A DNA stretch of 57,369 nt, filler included, from Sphacelaria rigidula (GCA_964200075.2; 5 parts of 5 records of this genome joined end to end with filler, not necessarily neighbours in it), one strand, 5' to 3'. Positions 11,497 to 24,644 are shown, numbered from the whole stretch's first letter. Numbers and translations are program-made. The notes: generated by a model from the sequence alone, not told the origin.

Positions 11497-13799
11497 GGAT
11501 CCAACCAGATGTAAAGAGGCATGTTTATGTATTCCGTCTCTCGACGGATTTACATAACGCCTCACCCCTGACTGCGGTACTAGCCAGTCCCGCAATCAGC
11601 CCTCCGGGCGCGTAAGTCGTTTTTAATCGACGGCCCATCATCGTACTACCCTTATCCACCACGCCACACCGCGATCCGTAACAAATGTTGTGGCATTTGG
11701 TTTCATGAACATACTGGGTATACCGCGGCCGATCGCGTACCCATATATTTGATGCACACCTGTGAGGTGCTGTTCACAAACGTACCGGTGTGCTCAGGTC
11801 ATTTTCTTCGGAACAAATCCTCACAATACGGGCGTATGCGTTCAAACCGTCGTCCTCAACATCGCCATTCGCGCGGTTCAAACAAGCACCCCCAATTTGA
11901 TGTTGTAACCACGGTAGTGATCACATGGATCTCAACCCACAGTGCATCAGTCGTATTTTTAGGCTTACGCGCAAAGGTTTTCGGCCTAAGCCTACCCATA
12001 TCTCATCCTCGCGCTTTGCACCCGTATGCACGGGGTCCACCATAAGACGGCATACGCCCCCTTGTGATTGGACCTCGCACAACGGTTGAGCCCCGCCAGA
12101 TTGATTTCTATCCCTCCACTGATGCTACACGCGCTACTTGACGATGTTTTGGAAATGATCAGACCCCGTGTTATCAAATAAGCATACAGTGGAACGATTC
12201 AGGGTGCACCACTGCCTCAAAATTAGGCCGTCATCTTCTGCCTGTTTTGATTACACTTCGCGTTCATTCCTCAATGTCTGCCACAGGCCCACATTAGGGA
12301 ACCAACGATTGAAAGTATCCCCCCTTTTCTTTCGCTCGGCCAGTAGACACACATCACAGAACTGAATCAATGTCGTACGGCACAGGTTGAGGTTTATGGT
12401 GCGGATACTCTGGGCTCGACCAGACTGTCATAATGGGTTCCATGGCAGCAGAATCCCGAGTATATTCGCATAACTCCCAATTGCGCAATGACCAACCCAA
12501 GTGTTTCAATTCTGGAGCTGATCACCTAGTTTGACCCCAAGTGATATTAATCATAGCCAGTCAGATCCTTTCTCCTCGCGGGATCGGCAGTCATGTAGTG
12601 TTACACCTCCCGTCCCCGAAGCAGGAACATCTTTTGGCGCGGTAGCTGTTACCCCTGCGACCGCTCATCGTAGGAAAATAAAATCATGACCACACACCAG
12701 GCCCCAAACAGGCTCAGGTACCAAGCCGACCCCTGTTACACCCACGAACGAAATGACGTCGGTGCCCGGTCCCCTTTCGTTTGTTGAGCATAATTTTCGA
12801 GCACGGAGCGCAACCATGTCGAACCCGGCTTTCCGTCGCTCAGCGGGATGGGAAGGAAACCCAAGCAACAGCGCCGGTGGAGCGCCACGAGCGTGACCGA
12901 GGGCGAACTGTCCTTGATCAGTTCCCAATAATCCCCGGAGCAGCCGAGGCGTTGGTGCGCTATACGCGTCACCCTCGGCGGGGTCCTCCGGATGACACTG
13001 TAGATATCCCTGACGACGCAGTTACACCCGTTCACAGAAGTCGTGAACGGGTGTGGGTTTCATTAGATGAAGACGATACTGTCGTTCAGGCCGCTGTTTT
13101 CCAGATTTCGAACAGATCAGCACTGCTCCCTGCCGACCCCTCACATACTATGTTAGAACCCACCACCAGAATAGCGTTGTCATCTCTTGGGTCGGATAAC
13201 TCGCGGCTAATTGGGCGTTCGCCTCCTCGTCATGAAAACCCCCCGTCTGAGTCTTCATCACAAGGAAAACATAGCGTAGTGACCGACGAGCCGTCCACGC
13301 TTGACCGCTCGTCCCCTGTTTTACCAATGTTGTCCCCAACTAAGACGGGTAGCGAATTGACTTGTGTAGCCAAATCGTCGTCACCCTTTCCCGAAACGTC
13401 CCTGCGTTAGCCCGTACTAGATGCTGTAACCTCGCCAGCTTTGCAAACTGACGCTTTGCTACTTGTTGCGGCCAACCAAGGTATCTCAAACCAAACGCAA
13501 CAGTTGTCGCGGCCAGCCACGACAACTGCCCTTCCCAGGCATCGTCCATTCTTTACAGCATACGAAATTCAACACTAGACAGATCATTCGCCAACTGCGA
13601 CCGAACCTCCGTTCCCCAACCACCTTAGGACAAAAATCTTGCTCCAAAGGATGATCAGCGTGTGTATTTCACCACAGCCGCTCACAACCACAAGCACGGT
13701 TTGTTCACAGATTTCTTGCCAGACTTTGGACCGGATCTAGTCAGCGGTACTGCAATCATGGATGATGCTTCGTTCAGAACAAAAATAGGTGTACAAAGT

Positions 13800-16700
13800 G
13801 GAATGCATGCAACATGCCCTTTATTAGCTGTTGCGTTGCCCGATTCAGGCTCAGGCTCGCCTCAAACGTTCATCACCGCCAGCTGCTGGTAACAAATGAT
13901 CAACACGGGGGCTGCGGACACGCATTGCGTTTCTACGCTTTCCCCCCGTGTTTTCGGCGGGTTTGGTGCTTCCGCTTCACTTACGGTTGACCGACCAGTA
14001 AGACGTAGTGTGTACGTTTTCGATGACACGGGCCCGACTGCGCAATTATCCGTATGGATTCTCATAGTGCTCGATGGTACCATGTCGGTTGATATTTCGC
14101 TGGGGCGTGATAGTTGGCTACGGTTTTCTACTCATACATACACGTCAGACACACCTGTTTCGCACCATCCCAAGAATGGCGGGTTGAAATTGGGATATCA
14201 CGACACTGCTTCGGGGGCGCATGCCTATGTTGATGATTCAACACAAACAGGTGACGCTCTCCGACTGTACTACGTTGGCGAAAACGTAACCTCCTCATCC
14301 CTTAAACCTCAACTCATGCATGTGAACCTGGTGAGACGGAACGGGTCCCCTGCCCTCACTAGGCAATACTTGGTCGAACTCATCAATCCCAATCAACCGG
14401 CCGATGATGTAGGTGCCTTCGACCAGACCGAAGTATTCGTTAACGGAGGTAGACAATCCAATCCTCTCACGTCCTCTGCATGTTTCGATATACTCCCCGG
14501 TCAGTTGTTAGGTTTTGCTCAGGCGCCCCTCCTACGAACAGGCTCGTCAAACGTGTGTCTGGCAACCGAACGGAAAATGACACCAGACACCTCGATCAAC
14601 GCAAACTCTCCGCCGTTAGACACACCTCGCCCGATGGTCGTGGACGATGCGTCTCACGCACCTGACCCAACCCCCCCAACTGCATTGCTAGATAGATTAT
14701 AGCCAGAGCAACGTGTTAGTTTCCAACTTTGATGGGACGGTATCCCCCCACATTTGCGACATATTGCTTTTGATCTATCTGGCGAGGGTCGGACTCCCAC
14801 GGTGATCGATAGGCTCCGCATCATTTTGATAAGTTATTCTGAACGGCTCTTCAAAGCGCCCGTAGATCTAGGCCGCTGCACCACTACACCGTCAAAATCA
14901 AATTTCCTGATGAAACCACCCATCGCTACCCGTCCGTACCGTACAAACCCCCTCTTAGCGGATACAATTGAGTTTATCCTCGACGGATACTCATCCGCCG
15001 GTTCAATACGGCACTCGACGTCCCCGTGGGCCTCGCCACTTGTTGTCGTTCGGAAAAAGAACGGTAAGATCAGACTGACGGTCAATTACCGACGACTGAA
15101 CGAATCACCAAAACCGCACGTCTACCTCTTCCCCGGATAGATGAAACCATTGACTCTATCGGCGGCGGTAAAGTATTTTCGAACTTAGACATGCAGTCCG
15201 GCTACCACCATCTTGTGATGGATCCGCAATCTATAGAACTGACGGCGTTGTGTACACCGTCAGGCCTGTACAAATGGTTGGTAACACCTCAAGGTGCCGC
15301 CGGCGCCCCCGGGGCATTTCAACGTGTTATGTTTCGTGTGACCGATGGGTTGTCCAAGTGCCATATGTACCACGATGACGCGGTCATACACGGAAGCACC
15401 CCTTCCGAACACGTCGAGCACTTGGCATCTTTCTTCGCTCGCTTCGGACAACACAACTTGAAACTTGCCTCGTCCAAATCCCGCTTTGGATCGACTAACA
15501 TCGAATTCCTGGGCCACTGTATCACTCGTGAAGGTCGTAGTCCAAACCTCAACAAGGTTGCCGCACTTACAGATATTCCCATGCCACGGAATATATCTCA
15601 ACTGTGCTCCTTGCTCGGCGGTTTGAGCTACTACCGACAGTATTTGCCGAACCTAGCCCAAATCCTCAAACCTCATCACCTCCCTTCTCAAAAAAGGAGT
15701 GAAATTCGCGCTCACCTCAGAAGTGGAGAAAATAGTGCGTCAACTACTTGACAACCTTTCGCGACCACCAATCTTGGTTTTCCCAGAATGATCGGCCGCT
15801 GAAAATGGTTCACATCCATTCCGACTTCACACGGATTCCTCCAAAATTGGGTTTGGCTGCACGTTGGAGCAGGAACAACCAAATGCTAATATTCGCTCCA
15901 TTGTATATTTGAGTCGAACCACCTACCTAAACAAACAAAATTGGTCGGTCATGGAGCAAGAGGCCCGTGCGATTGTTTGGGGAGTGAGACGTCTCCGTCA
16001 GCACTTGTATGACATTCCGTTCGTGATTTATACAGATCAGAAGTCCTTAGGAAACCTCGCCAAAATGGCGGAACACAACGCCTAGGTCCAACGCTGGTTT
16101 GAAATCCTGTCTTCTTACAACTTCACGCTGAAGTATCGAACAGGACCTCGAAACGCAGACGCTGATTTTCTGTCTCGTTTGCCCGTCCCGGCCCAACCCA
16201 TCGACAGGTCCGCGCTGGGATGTATCATGGATCTCACCGAAGATGTCGTATATTTCATCAGCAGAAACGGTCATAATGGAATCTACACACCACTCTGACT
16301 GAACATCAACTCGTCACTTGGCATGGATGGGCTGACGACTACAGCTCACGCTTCTGTACTAGGCCGTATGCCGCCACAAACGTTGTGTTCAGTTTGGAGT
16401 GGAGCTAGTACAAACCCGAGCGGGTATGATCATTTCCGTGTAACTGGTCATCGTATGGTTCGTGCCGCAGATGTAGAACCATCTTGTGCTGACTTCATCC
16501 TCCCGGTTCAAGCGCGAAATTTCATCCCGAGTAGAACCCGGGGACGGCGGGCCGCCGAAACGGCCACCACCCTGGCGGCCTCTCACCCGGACCTTCCCAT
16601 CCCAAGCCCCATATTCGGTGCCCGATAGTTTGCTTGCGCCCCCTCAACCACCGCGGCACGAGGCCCTCAGAAGATCGACTCCATCCACGGCACCTCTTCC

Positions 16701-19396
16701 TCCCATATCCGAAGCCTCGACTTTGCCCCCCTTCCCCGGTGATGATGTACCGGCTGGTGCCTCATCATCCGATGCGCTAGTCAACGCAGGATTCGAAGAC
16801 AATGTTCCGCTTGAAAGTACACAAACTGATCCCCCCGCCCATGATCCAAATATTCCTGATTCGAGTCAACACCGCCGTGACACGAACCCATTTATTTTGG
16901 ACAAACCGTCGGATAGTGTGTTTGAGGAACGTTTGACCCTTCTCTCCCACGCCGATTGGGCCAGGGAACAACAAGCTGAAGCTGCTTGTAGAGCGGCTAT
17001 GCATTATATATCCAAAGGCTGCCCGTCTCCTTTTCCAGCAACCCAATTCCTCTTGCCCGTTGGGAACCACAAAGCCCCTACACAGGATGAAGTTACTGAA
17101 CTATCGCGAAAAGTTATGCTTTATACGGATGGTAATGGTGTCGTTCTCTTAGTTCGCCGGCCCACAGCGCCCCTTCGTGTGGATAAACCTACCAGTAAAC
17201 ATGCCTGTTTGTTAGGTGATGATCCCACACGAATGTATGTGCCGATGCTTCTGCGTCCATGGGCTCTCCGTGAGTGTCATTCGCAAGCATCGACACATCT
17301 GGGAGTTGCTGGGACCTCCCAGATGCTTGAGCGTTTTTATTGGTGGATTTGTATGGATCAGTGTGTACGTTGGTGAGTGAGGCGGTGTCTGGTATGTCAG
17401 GCGCGAAAACCTTCACGTCAAACAGTTCGTTGGCTGATTGTTTCCATGCCACTCTCAAACGTGCCTGGTGAAATAGTTTCGTAGGACTATTTTGACCCCT
17501 TACCCCTGACGGATAGCGGTCAGGAGTATTTTTTTTTGTTTACAGATAGATTTAGTAGATATGTGGTGATGCACGCCGCCCCTGCAAGTGGCTATAGCGC
17601 GGAAGGTACCGCCAACATTCTTGTACACGCGTACATTCCGCAATCGGGTGTGCCCAAACGTTTCTTGTCCGATGACGGCCCGCATTACGCTGGCAAACGT
17701 TCTGCTACGATCAGGACCCTCCTGGGTGCCCATCGTATTTTCGTTGGCTCATACCATCCGTCCACAAACGGTGGGACCGAACGAGTGAACCATACGATGG
17801 CTCAAATGCTTCCAGCGATAACCAACAAACGACGAACAGACTGGGACTTGCATCTGCCCCTTGTTCAGATGAACTACACCAATTCAATCAATGCCGCGAC
17901 GGGGAGAGGTCCGAATGAAGTTCATATTGGTCATATGCCCAGATTGACACTGACGGTGTTCGAACGGAAGCCTTACGGGAGCCATCAAAGTTTGGATAGG
18001 GATATCGCGGAGTACCATATTTCTGTTAGTAATCGTCTTCGCCTTGCGTATGAGGTGGAACGCGACGCTAATGCCGAGGTAGCCCTCCCACGAAAAGTGC
18101 ACACCGGAGACCGTCCGGTGAACCGGCTGCGATCCCACTATTGGGCTCGTTTGCAGAAATTCCACCCACATGAGAGGCGTTTAGCAGTCCAAAATCAGCT
18201 ATAACGCCCAAATGAGTCGAGTCGTAAGGCTCAATACCAGCTCTGACAGCATTTATGATCATCGCCTCCGTGCACCGTTTGGGCAGGTTCGGGGGCGGGC
18301 TATCTCGGCAGCAGTCGCGAGCAGAACCAAATCAAAGCAGCGAAAGTGGCCAGGGTAAACACCGTGTTGGATGATGCGGTCAACAACCGTCCGGTGTGAT
18401 AGGTAGATCAATGGGCATGGGTGTACAAGGATGTGAAGACCGTAACTCAGGAGGCTAGCTCCAATGAGTCGTCGTTGGATAAGGTGTTGAAGTCGAAACT
18501 GTCCTTGAATTGAACTGGCGCCTGGAAAATCTTGGCGGTTGGGTCCTGTGATGCCGCACCCGACAATAGTCTGGTAGGCGAGAACCTTTTGTATTTGGAT
18601 TTTCCCACTGATAAACCTGGCATCAAACCCAAAAACCGAGTATCGATGCTTAGGTGTAAACCGTGTCTGCCCCCGCATGATACATCCGACATGCCCAAAC
18701 AATTACCAATGGGTCTCAGTCAGTACGTACGTGTTGACCAACTATGCGGCCACCCCCCCCCCGTGTCACATGACGGATGGAGATGCCAATGGCCCTCTTG
18801 AGCGAGTGGTAGATCGCAGCTCGGGCCATCAATTAGTTCGAGGTCGAGGAGGTAAAATAGCAGTCATGTATCAGACCCATTGGAAGGGTATCATGCGTGT
18901 TACATGGGAACGAGAGGTTGACTTACGTCACTTTTGTCGGGAAATGTTGCTGTACTGGGTAGGAGATGCCGTCCAACACCGCCCATTGAATAAGAGATAT
19001 CGGTCGATGCGCAAGGGAGCTGCCGCTCGGGAACTGGCACGAGAGCACTCGGCGCGATTTGCCGTATCAGGATATAGCTTTCTCTCGCGTTCACAATACA
19101 TGCAGTCTTCTCACGGACAACGTTTGCCGAAGAGGGCGTATTTTTGGTACAAGGCTTTGGATTCACTGTGGTTGTTGGGTAAAATTCCTTGGGTCGATCC
19201 TACTTCTGACAACTCCTACTTTATCCGTTTCCTCGATGACCCAAGCCCCCTTAAGATTCGCTTGGATGATGCCTACTACACCGAGGTGCCGACCGCTCGC
19301 CGAGGATCCTGGTGCCTCCAAGGACATGACCAAGGCGATCTCGACGCAGCCGTTCTACGCAACGCGGACACCGCTTGGGATGCAGAAGGCTCATGA
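13800..19396 (+). pseudogene. pol: gypsy pol pseudogene (protease, RT, RNase H, integrase, chromodomain, C-terminal extension)
   Basis: ALPDSG and LGRD (PR); PWASPLVVVRKKNG, DMQSGYH, PQG..GAPGAFQR, YHDD (RT); HTDSSKIG, YTDQKSL (RH); H..HLG..CLVC, LSDDG, TERVN (INT); YQTHWKG..TWERE (chromo); many stops and frameshifts. Confidence 0.93.
18065..18315. mobile_element. MITE of about 250 bp inserted in integrase of copy 1
   Basis: Imperfect TIR TGCCGAGGTAGCCC / GGGCTATCTCGGCA; CGCG on both sides; removal restores EVEREQNQI, matching copy 2 EVVREQNQI. Confidence 0.8.
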
Positions 19397-21011
19397 TGCC
19401 GCATCCGTGTCTGCTTCCCCACTCACCTTGCGTAGTGTACCATCTTCGAATGGTTTGTCTGGCGTTGTAGCATCGTTGGAAAACCATGTGTTCCCGCCCC
19501 CCCTTCATTTTTTTCTTTTTCGTGCGGTTGTAGACCCGATCCCCTAGTGGTTGTTGTATTCCGTACTCATGATTGGCTTGGGGCCTTCCTGTGTTTTCTC
19601 TTGTTTTATGTGTTTTTTGTTTGGAGTTGATACATATATATATATATTGGTATTCCTGGGTTCATATATCGGCGTATTCCGTGATGACCGTTCCACAAAC
19701 ATTCCTGACCCCGAGTCGGGAACATTTTGAACCTTCGTCCTCCGCGCCGTGCACTCACGACCAATCCGTATACTGGAATGGCCAACACGAGTTGTTATTT
19801 TTCCTTCCTTCGTTGTAAACACCTTTGTCTTGCTTTGGTTTTTATGCTGTTTTCTTTTTGTTTTTTGTCTTGTCGGTCGAGAGTTTCCGGGGCGAGCGCT
19901 ACACATACCTGACCCTTCCGTCTGGAATTTTTGCACGCTTGTCCAGTCGCTCCGCACACGACTACCATCTCCCTCTTGAGGATCGGTCGTGACGTGTCTC
20001 CTTTTGCGTGCGTTCCACGTTGTGTTTTTGTATCATGGGCGATAGCAATCTAGGTCAAGAGTCTGAAATACTTTGACCTTGGCTGAAACACTTGACTCTA
20101 CTTGCTTCGTAGACACGATCACCGCTTTCGTTTACAGGGACGGTCGACACGTGTTATCTTTCTGCTTTGTTTTTCGGTTATTTTGTTTTCGCTGTCACCA
20201 TGCGAACCCCTGGTTTTGTGTTTGTCTTGGTTTTGGTTTTTGCGTCTGTATCGGGAATTTCGCAATGAGTGTTCCAACGTCCCTGACTCTCGAGTCTAAG
20301 AATACTTCGCCTACTTTTTTTCTGCGAGTCCTGCAGCCGTGCGGGCAACCTCGTTTATATAAGGGTCACGTGTAATGCGACGCAATGAATGATTTATACT
20401 CTAGTGATTGATGAGGTACAACGAGGCCACCACTGACCGCGCTGTACGTGACGATGTTGAGCAATTGTCATTGAGGTAGTGCGTGTTATATTTGGGTGCA
20501 AACGTCTCCTCATACAGGACCATCACGTATCATGATAGAAAAGGTTGCTCTTCCGGGAACAAACCGTTCCGCCATGTTGATATTCGACCATTGGTACAGC
20601 CTGCAAGCTCAGAGTCCGTCACTCGCTATTTTCTTGTCACTGCTTACACAAGTGTTTTTGGGTACGGTTACCCGCCCATGAAATCGGTTGGTAGTGTTTT
20701 GTTTTTATCAGAGATTATTGGACGACGTTACGTGACGGTACGAACGGCTGTGGTTTTTACTCCAGTTTGTGTACGAACCAGTCTCGTTTTAGTCCGAACG
20801 GACAAATACCGTGAGGAGTGGACTGCGTCGGCCCTTTCTCTTCCGTGTATTTGTCGTGGTTCAAAAATTGTTGGGCGATCCGCCTCGGCACTACGTGGTA
20901 GCGCCGATGGTTGTGTTTTGACTCAAATGCGTTTTTTTACGTGTGCAGATACCCGACCTCACAAACCGGTCGTTGTTTTCGTGTCTCGTCGTGTGAGAAA
21001 ACCAAAAAAAA

Positions 21012-21251
21012 TGTTGTACGACTGGATCATGACCCAGACGTCCTCAACGAGTCGCTGCTCTTTCACACATTTACCGACAATCAACTCACGTCAACCGGGT
21101 TAATTGTCCGTATCATGCGTATTTCGTGTTTTCGTTTCGACGTCTGGTCCTCGTGGGAAACTTCCCTTTCCGCGACGAAACAGCTGTACGTTGTTGATTT
21201 TGCCGATTGCCTGAGACGTGTGATCAGCAGAAACTGGTCATTGGAGTGATA
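21012..21251 (+). repeat. Candidate short 3' LTR of gypsy copy 1
   Basis: A-rich purine tract, then TG...GGAGTGATA; homologous to 44222-44460; no 5' partner visible. Confidence 0.35.
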
Positions 21252-21254
21252 TAA

Positions 21255-22495
21255 TCACTACACGCGTTGCGATCCATTCTGGTCCAAACGCTACCATGCC
21301 TACGAAATGCGTCCGTATCCTTGTTGGACAGCCGCAGCCCGCAAACATTTATTCGAGAATCAACATGGAAACACATGAAACAGACTGGTGCTGCTACTGC
21401 AGCTTGCGAAACCAACACCCAACCTCGAGTATGGGGCGGTTTCGGTGATTTTGCCGCACCCCTGGTGACACGCAACTCCGTACATCTCAGTGTGCAACTC
21501 TTTCACAACACCACTCGTTCTGCCAGCCTGGCAGTCTGAGCATACATTGTCCCCGACAGCACAGTGCACCGCGCCATATTATTGGGCATAGATAGCTATA
21601 TGCGGTTGAATAAATGAACCTACCGCATGCTTCCATCACCATCGCCACATTCCACGCCTCGTGAAGAATTCAATCTTGAACACTTTGGTACCCTCCACGG
21701 CGCCCTGGCCTACCAGAGGAATACTCAAGCAACCGGAGCCGCTTACCACCTACGATACAACGGTAGCGTTGGTATTGCACTCTCCGACGATCCTCAACTT
21801 CTAAAAGTTGCACTAGTTCGCCGAAATGGCGTGCCAGCACTTACGGGTCATTATCTTGCCGAAGGGTTACCCCGTATTGGCGCACCAGCCGACACAGAGC
21901 ATTTTGTCTCGGCGGGACAACAACTCCTCCCTCTTGTGGGCGATGCTAACTTGGAACCCGGTGGTGTTTTAGAAATCGTCGCTGCTCCCCTGATGCACAT
22001 CCCACTCGAGAAGTGCGTGAAAGGGCTTGCCGCGCCAAATCCACATCTCCGACAGAGTCAGTCCATTGTGTCGATGAACCTTATTTCGACCTCGCCTCTG
22101 CGACTCCACCCCAGGTCTACGCCGTGGATCCTGCCCAGTCAAATCCAGATCCCCCTGCTGAAGTGCTTCAACGCTTATCACCAGATTCTCGGAATAGTTT
22201 CTTGCAAATATGGCACCAACCGCCGCCACACACACGCGACATCAATTTTGACCTTCATGGACCCGGCTGGGAACCGGCAGTCATCTGAGAACTCAGTGAT
22301 GTCTTGCTACAGTACCAAGACCGATTTTCCCGATCCAAGACGGATCTTGGGCATTGCAAAACGCTGCCCTGTGAGGTTACCCTCCAACCCGGCGTCTCGC
22401 CGATCTCTTCTCGACCATACCGAACAAACCTAATCCTTACCAAGAAAGTTAACGCCATCTTGGATGCATATTTGGGAGCGGGACTAATAGAAGGG
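21255..22495 (+). pseudogene. Protease to RT-start fragment of a third, diverged gypsy family
   Basis: LLDSRSPQTFI, RVWGGFG, LVRRNGVPALTGHYL, DLGHC, RPYRTN..ILDAYL.AGLI; truncated at about 22495 by unrelated sequence. Confidence 0.85.
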
Positions 22496-22890
22496 CAATG
22501 GCCTATAAAAGGTATACCGTCTGTTTTTTTGCCTAAGAAAGGTACGAAAAATGGCCAGAAACACAATAACAGCCAAACACGCCATTTTGATCGTTTTCGC
22601 TCCGGATTTTCGCGCACATCATTTTGGGGGGCCATTGGCATTCGGGACTCGAAAAAACACGGATAAAGAACATGTTACTCGATAGATATGACCACGCGAA
22701 AACGGGCATGTCGCCTCCAGAAACCGCTCACCTTTTGTAGGCCACATTTCGCCAAGGTATACCTGATCTAGGAATTCCTTTTCAATCGTACCTTATCTGG
22801 GCCGCCGATCGGCCGAGAACGTACCTCTGCTAGGCCATCGCTCTCTCCACCGTATCGGGCAGTCTACGCCCACACTCCAACCATGGCGCC

Positions 22891-22990
22891 NNNNNNNNNN
22901 NNNNNNNNNNNNNNNNNNNNNNNNNNNNNNNNNNTTAATTAATTAANNNNNNNNNNNNNNNNNNNNNNNNNNNNNNNNNNNNNNNNNNNN
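22891..22990. other. Artificial scaffold-concatenation linker
   Basis: Same N/TTAATTAATTAA/N spacer. Confidence 0.97.
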
Positions 22991-24644
22991 CTCGTTTTCC
23001 TCACCCTAATGGCGACAGTCGGACCATTACACCACCGGGGCGCACTGTACATCACATAACACGCGCTGCAACTCACAGATTGCAGTATACCAGCCCCCAT
23101 GCGGGCCATGCTAGCAGCAGCCAAGTCACCGCCAGAGGTGCCTTGTTTCACTCTGCATGCCGAAAAAGTCTTCGTTGTCGTGGGCTCTTTGCTACATTCC
23201 CCGAACCCGAATGTGTTCGGCTGTCCTTGTATCAAGCCGTAGGCCAAATTTAACGATTACACCCCTCACACGCGATTGGACCTTCGCGGAACGGTCATTA
23301 GTGGATACACCGAAATGCCACGGTTTGAGGCATACTTCGATATCACAGTAAACATTCTGAAATCTGTTAATTTCCGTTAGATTCCCAACCTGATGGTTAC
23401 AACGATTCTTACAACACTTGATAGCTCTGGTGCGTGGGAAACGCACGCATCAAAACCGCAGTTCAATGCTCTGCTTCGTTGCCGAGAAATTTGCGTTGAA
23501 AAATGAGCACAACAAGAGCAGCAGCTTTATTCGCCCTGTTGTTGTAACCCTGTGCACAGGTGTACAGCAACGTCAGTCACAGGGTTGTTGTAGAATGTAC
23601 TATAGCGATAGTGCGTTATATATGAGCGCCGTCGTCATTTCGAGTGACGCGTGTACTTGTGATCGATACTAATTGGCTCATTTACGTTTCATTTCTTCTG
23701 GATTCAACTGACGGTAGTTGGTCGGTCCATTTTCCCTGTTCAAAGTGCCCAAAATTGGGCCCCATTCACGGGCATAGCTGTATCAACGATGTGACACATT
23801 GTGCAAGTCGTGTTCCACGGCAGACACAGTCAGCAGCACACCACTCGTGTGCATAGTGACTGCAGTAGCTCTGAGAACACAGTACCCACTGAGTCATCAA
23901 GTCCGGCGGGAGGGCAGGTTTCGAGTAGCACCCCGTTGCGATCTGCGCAGTGAAATATTTCTTGTCTGGACTCAACATAAATGACACAGTGGAACATTAC
24001 TACTTCGACTGGAGCACTGCAGGTGAAGTTAAGTAGAAAGTCAGTATGCATCAAGTCCAGCCTTGCGCCAAAATAGAATAAAAAATGGAAAAAAAAGTAA
24101 ACGATCTCGAACAGAATCTAACCTCTCCTCACCTCATCGCGCACTGCTGCAACGTGCGACCCCAGATCGAGGCAGGTGGGCTTGTGACTATGGTTTACAT
24201 GATGTGTGGCAGAAGTTTCAGCGCGTTGCAACGCCGACAGCGAGCGTACGGCCATGCCTCCCGAACCGAGCACCTCCACAGGCCATACTTGAATGACTTT
24301 GTACATACTGCCATTATCCAGACATTGTCCCAACACAAATCTATGGTTGCTGGCGAGCGCAGCACCCCCCCAGGTGCTCATCATGTGAAGATGAGTGCAG
24401 CAGTGTATCCGGATATGCGCTCACTCAGGGTATCTTGCCTGCACGCCCGAACGCGCCCCCGACTGATAAACATGCCGTCTGTGTTGTGCCCAGTAGAGTT
24501 TCCACTTGGTAAGCGTGGAACTTTCCGACTTGGCTTGAGTTTGAACACCGAAATCTGTATCTGAAATGGGGGCTGTGCTCCTAGTGTATGGAGAACGCGT
24601 ATTTGTCGGCGCCGATGTGAGGTCTCGCAACGTACACTTTGTTG

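Larger units (their letters stand above)
11497..21254 (+). mobile_element. Ty3/gypsy chromodomain retroelement, copy 1 (decayed, 5' end cut by scaffold edge)
   Basis: PR-RT-RH-INT-chromo order; collinear with 34550-44463 including the 1.8-kb 3' non-coding region. Confidence 0.93.
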
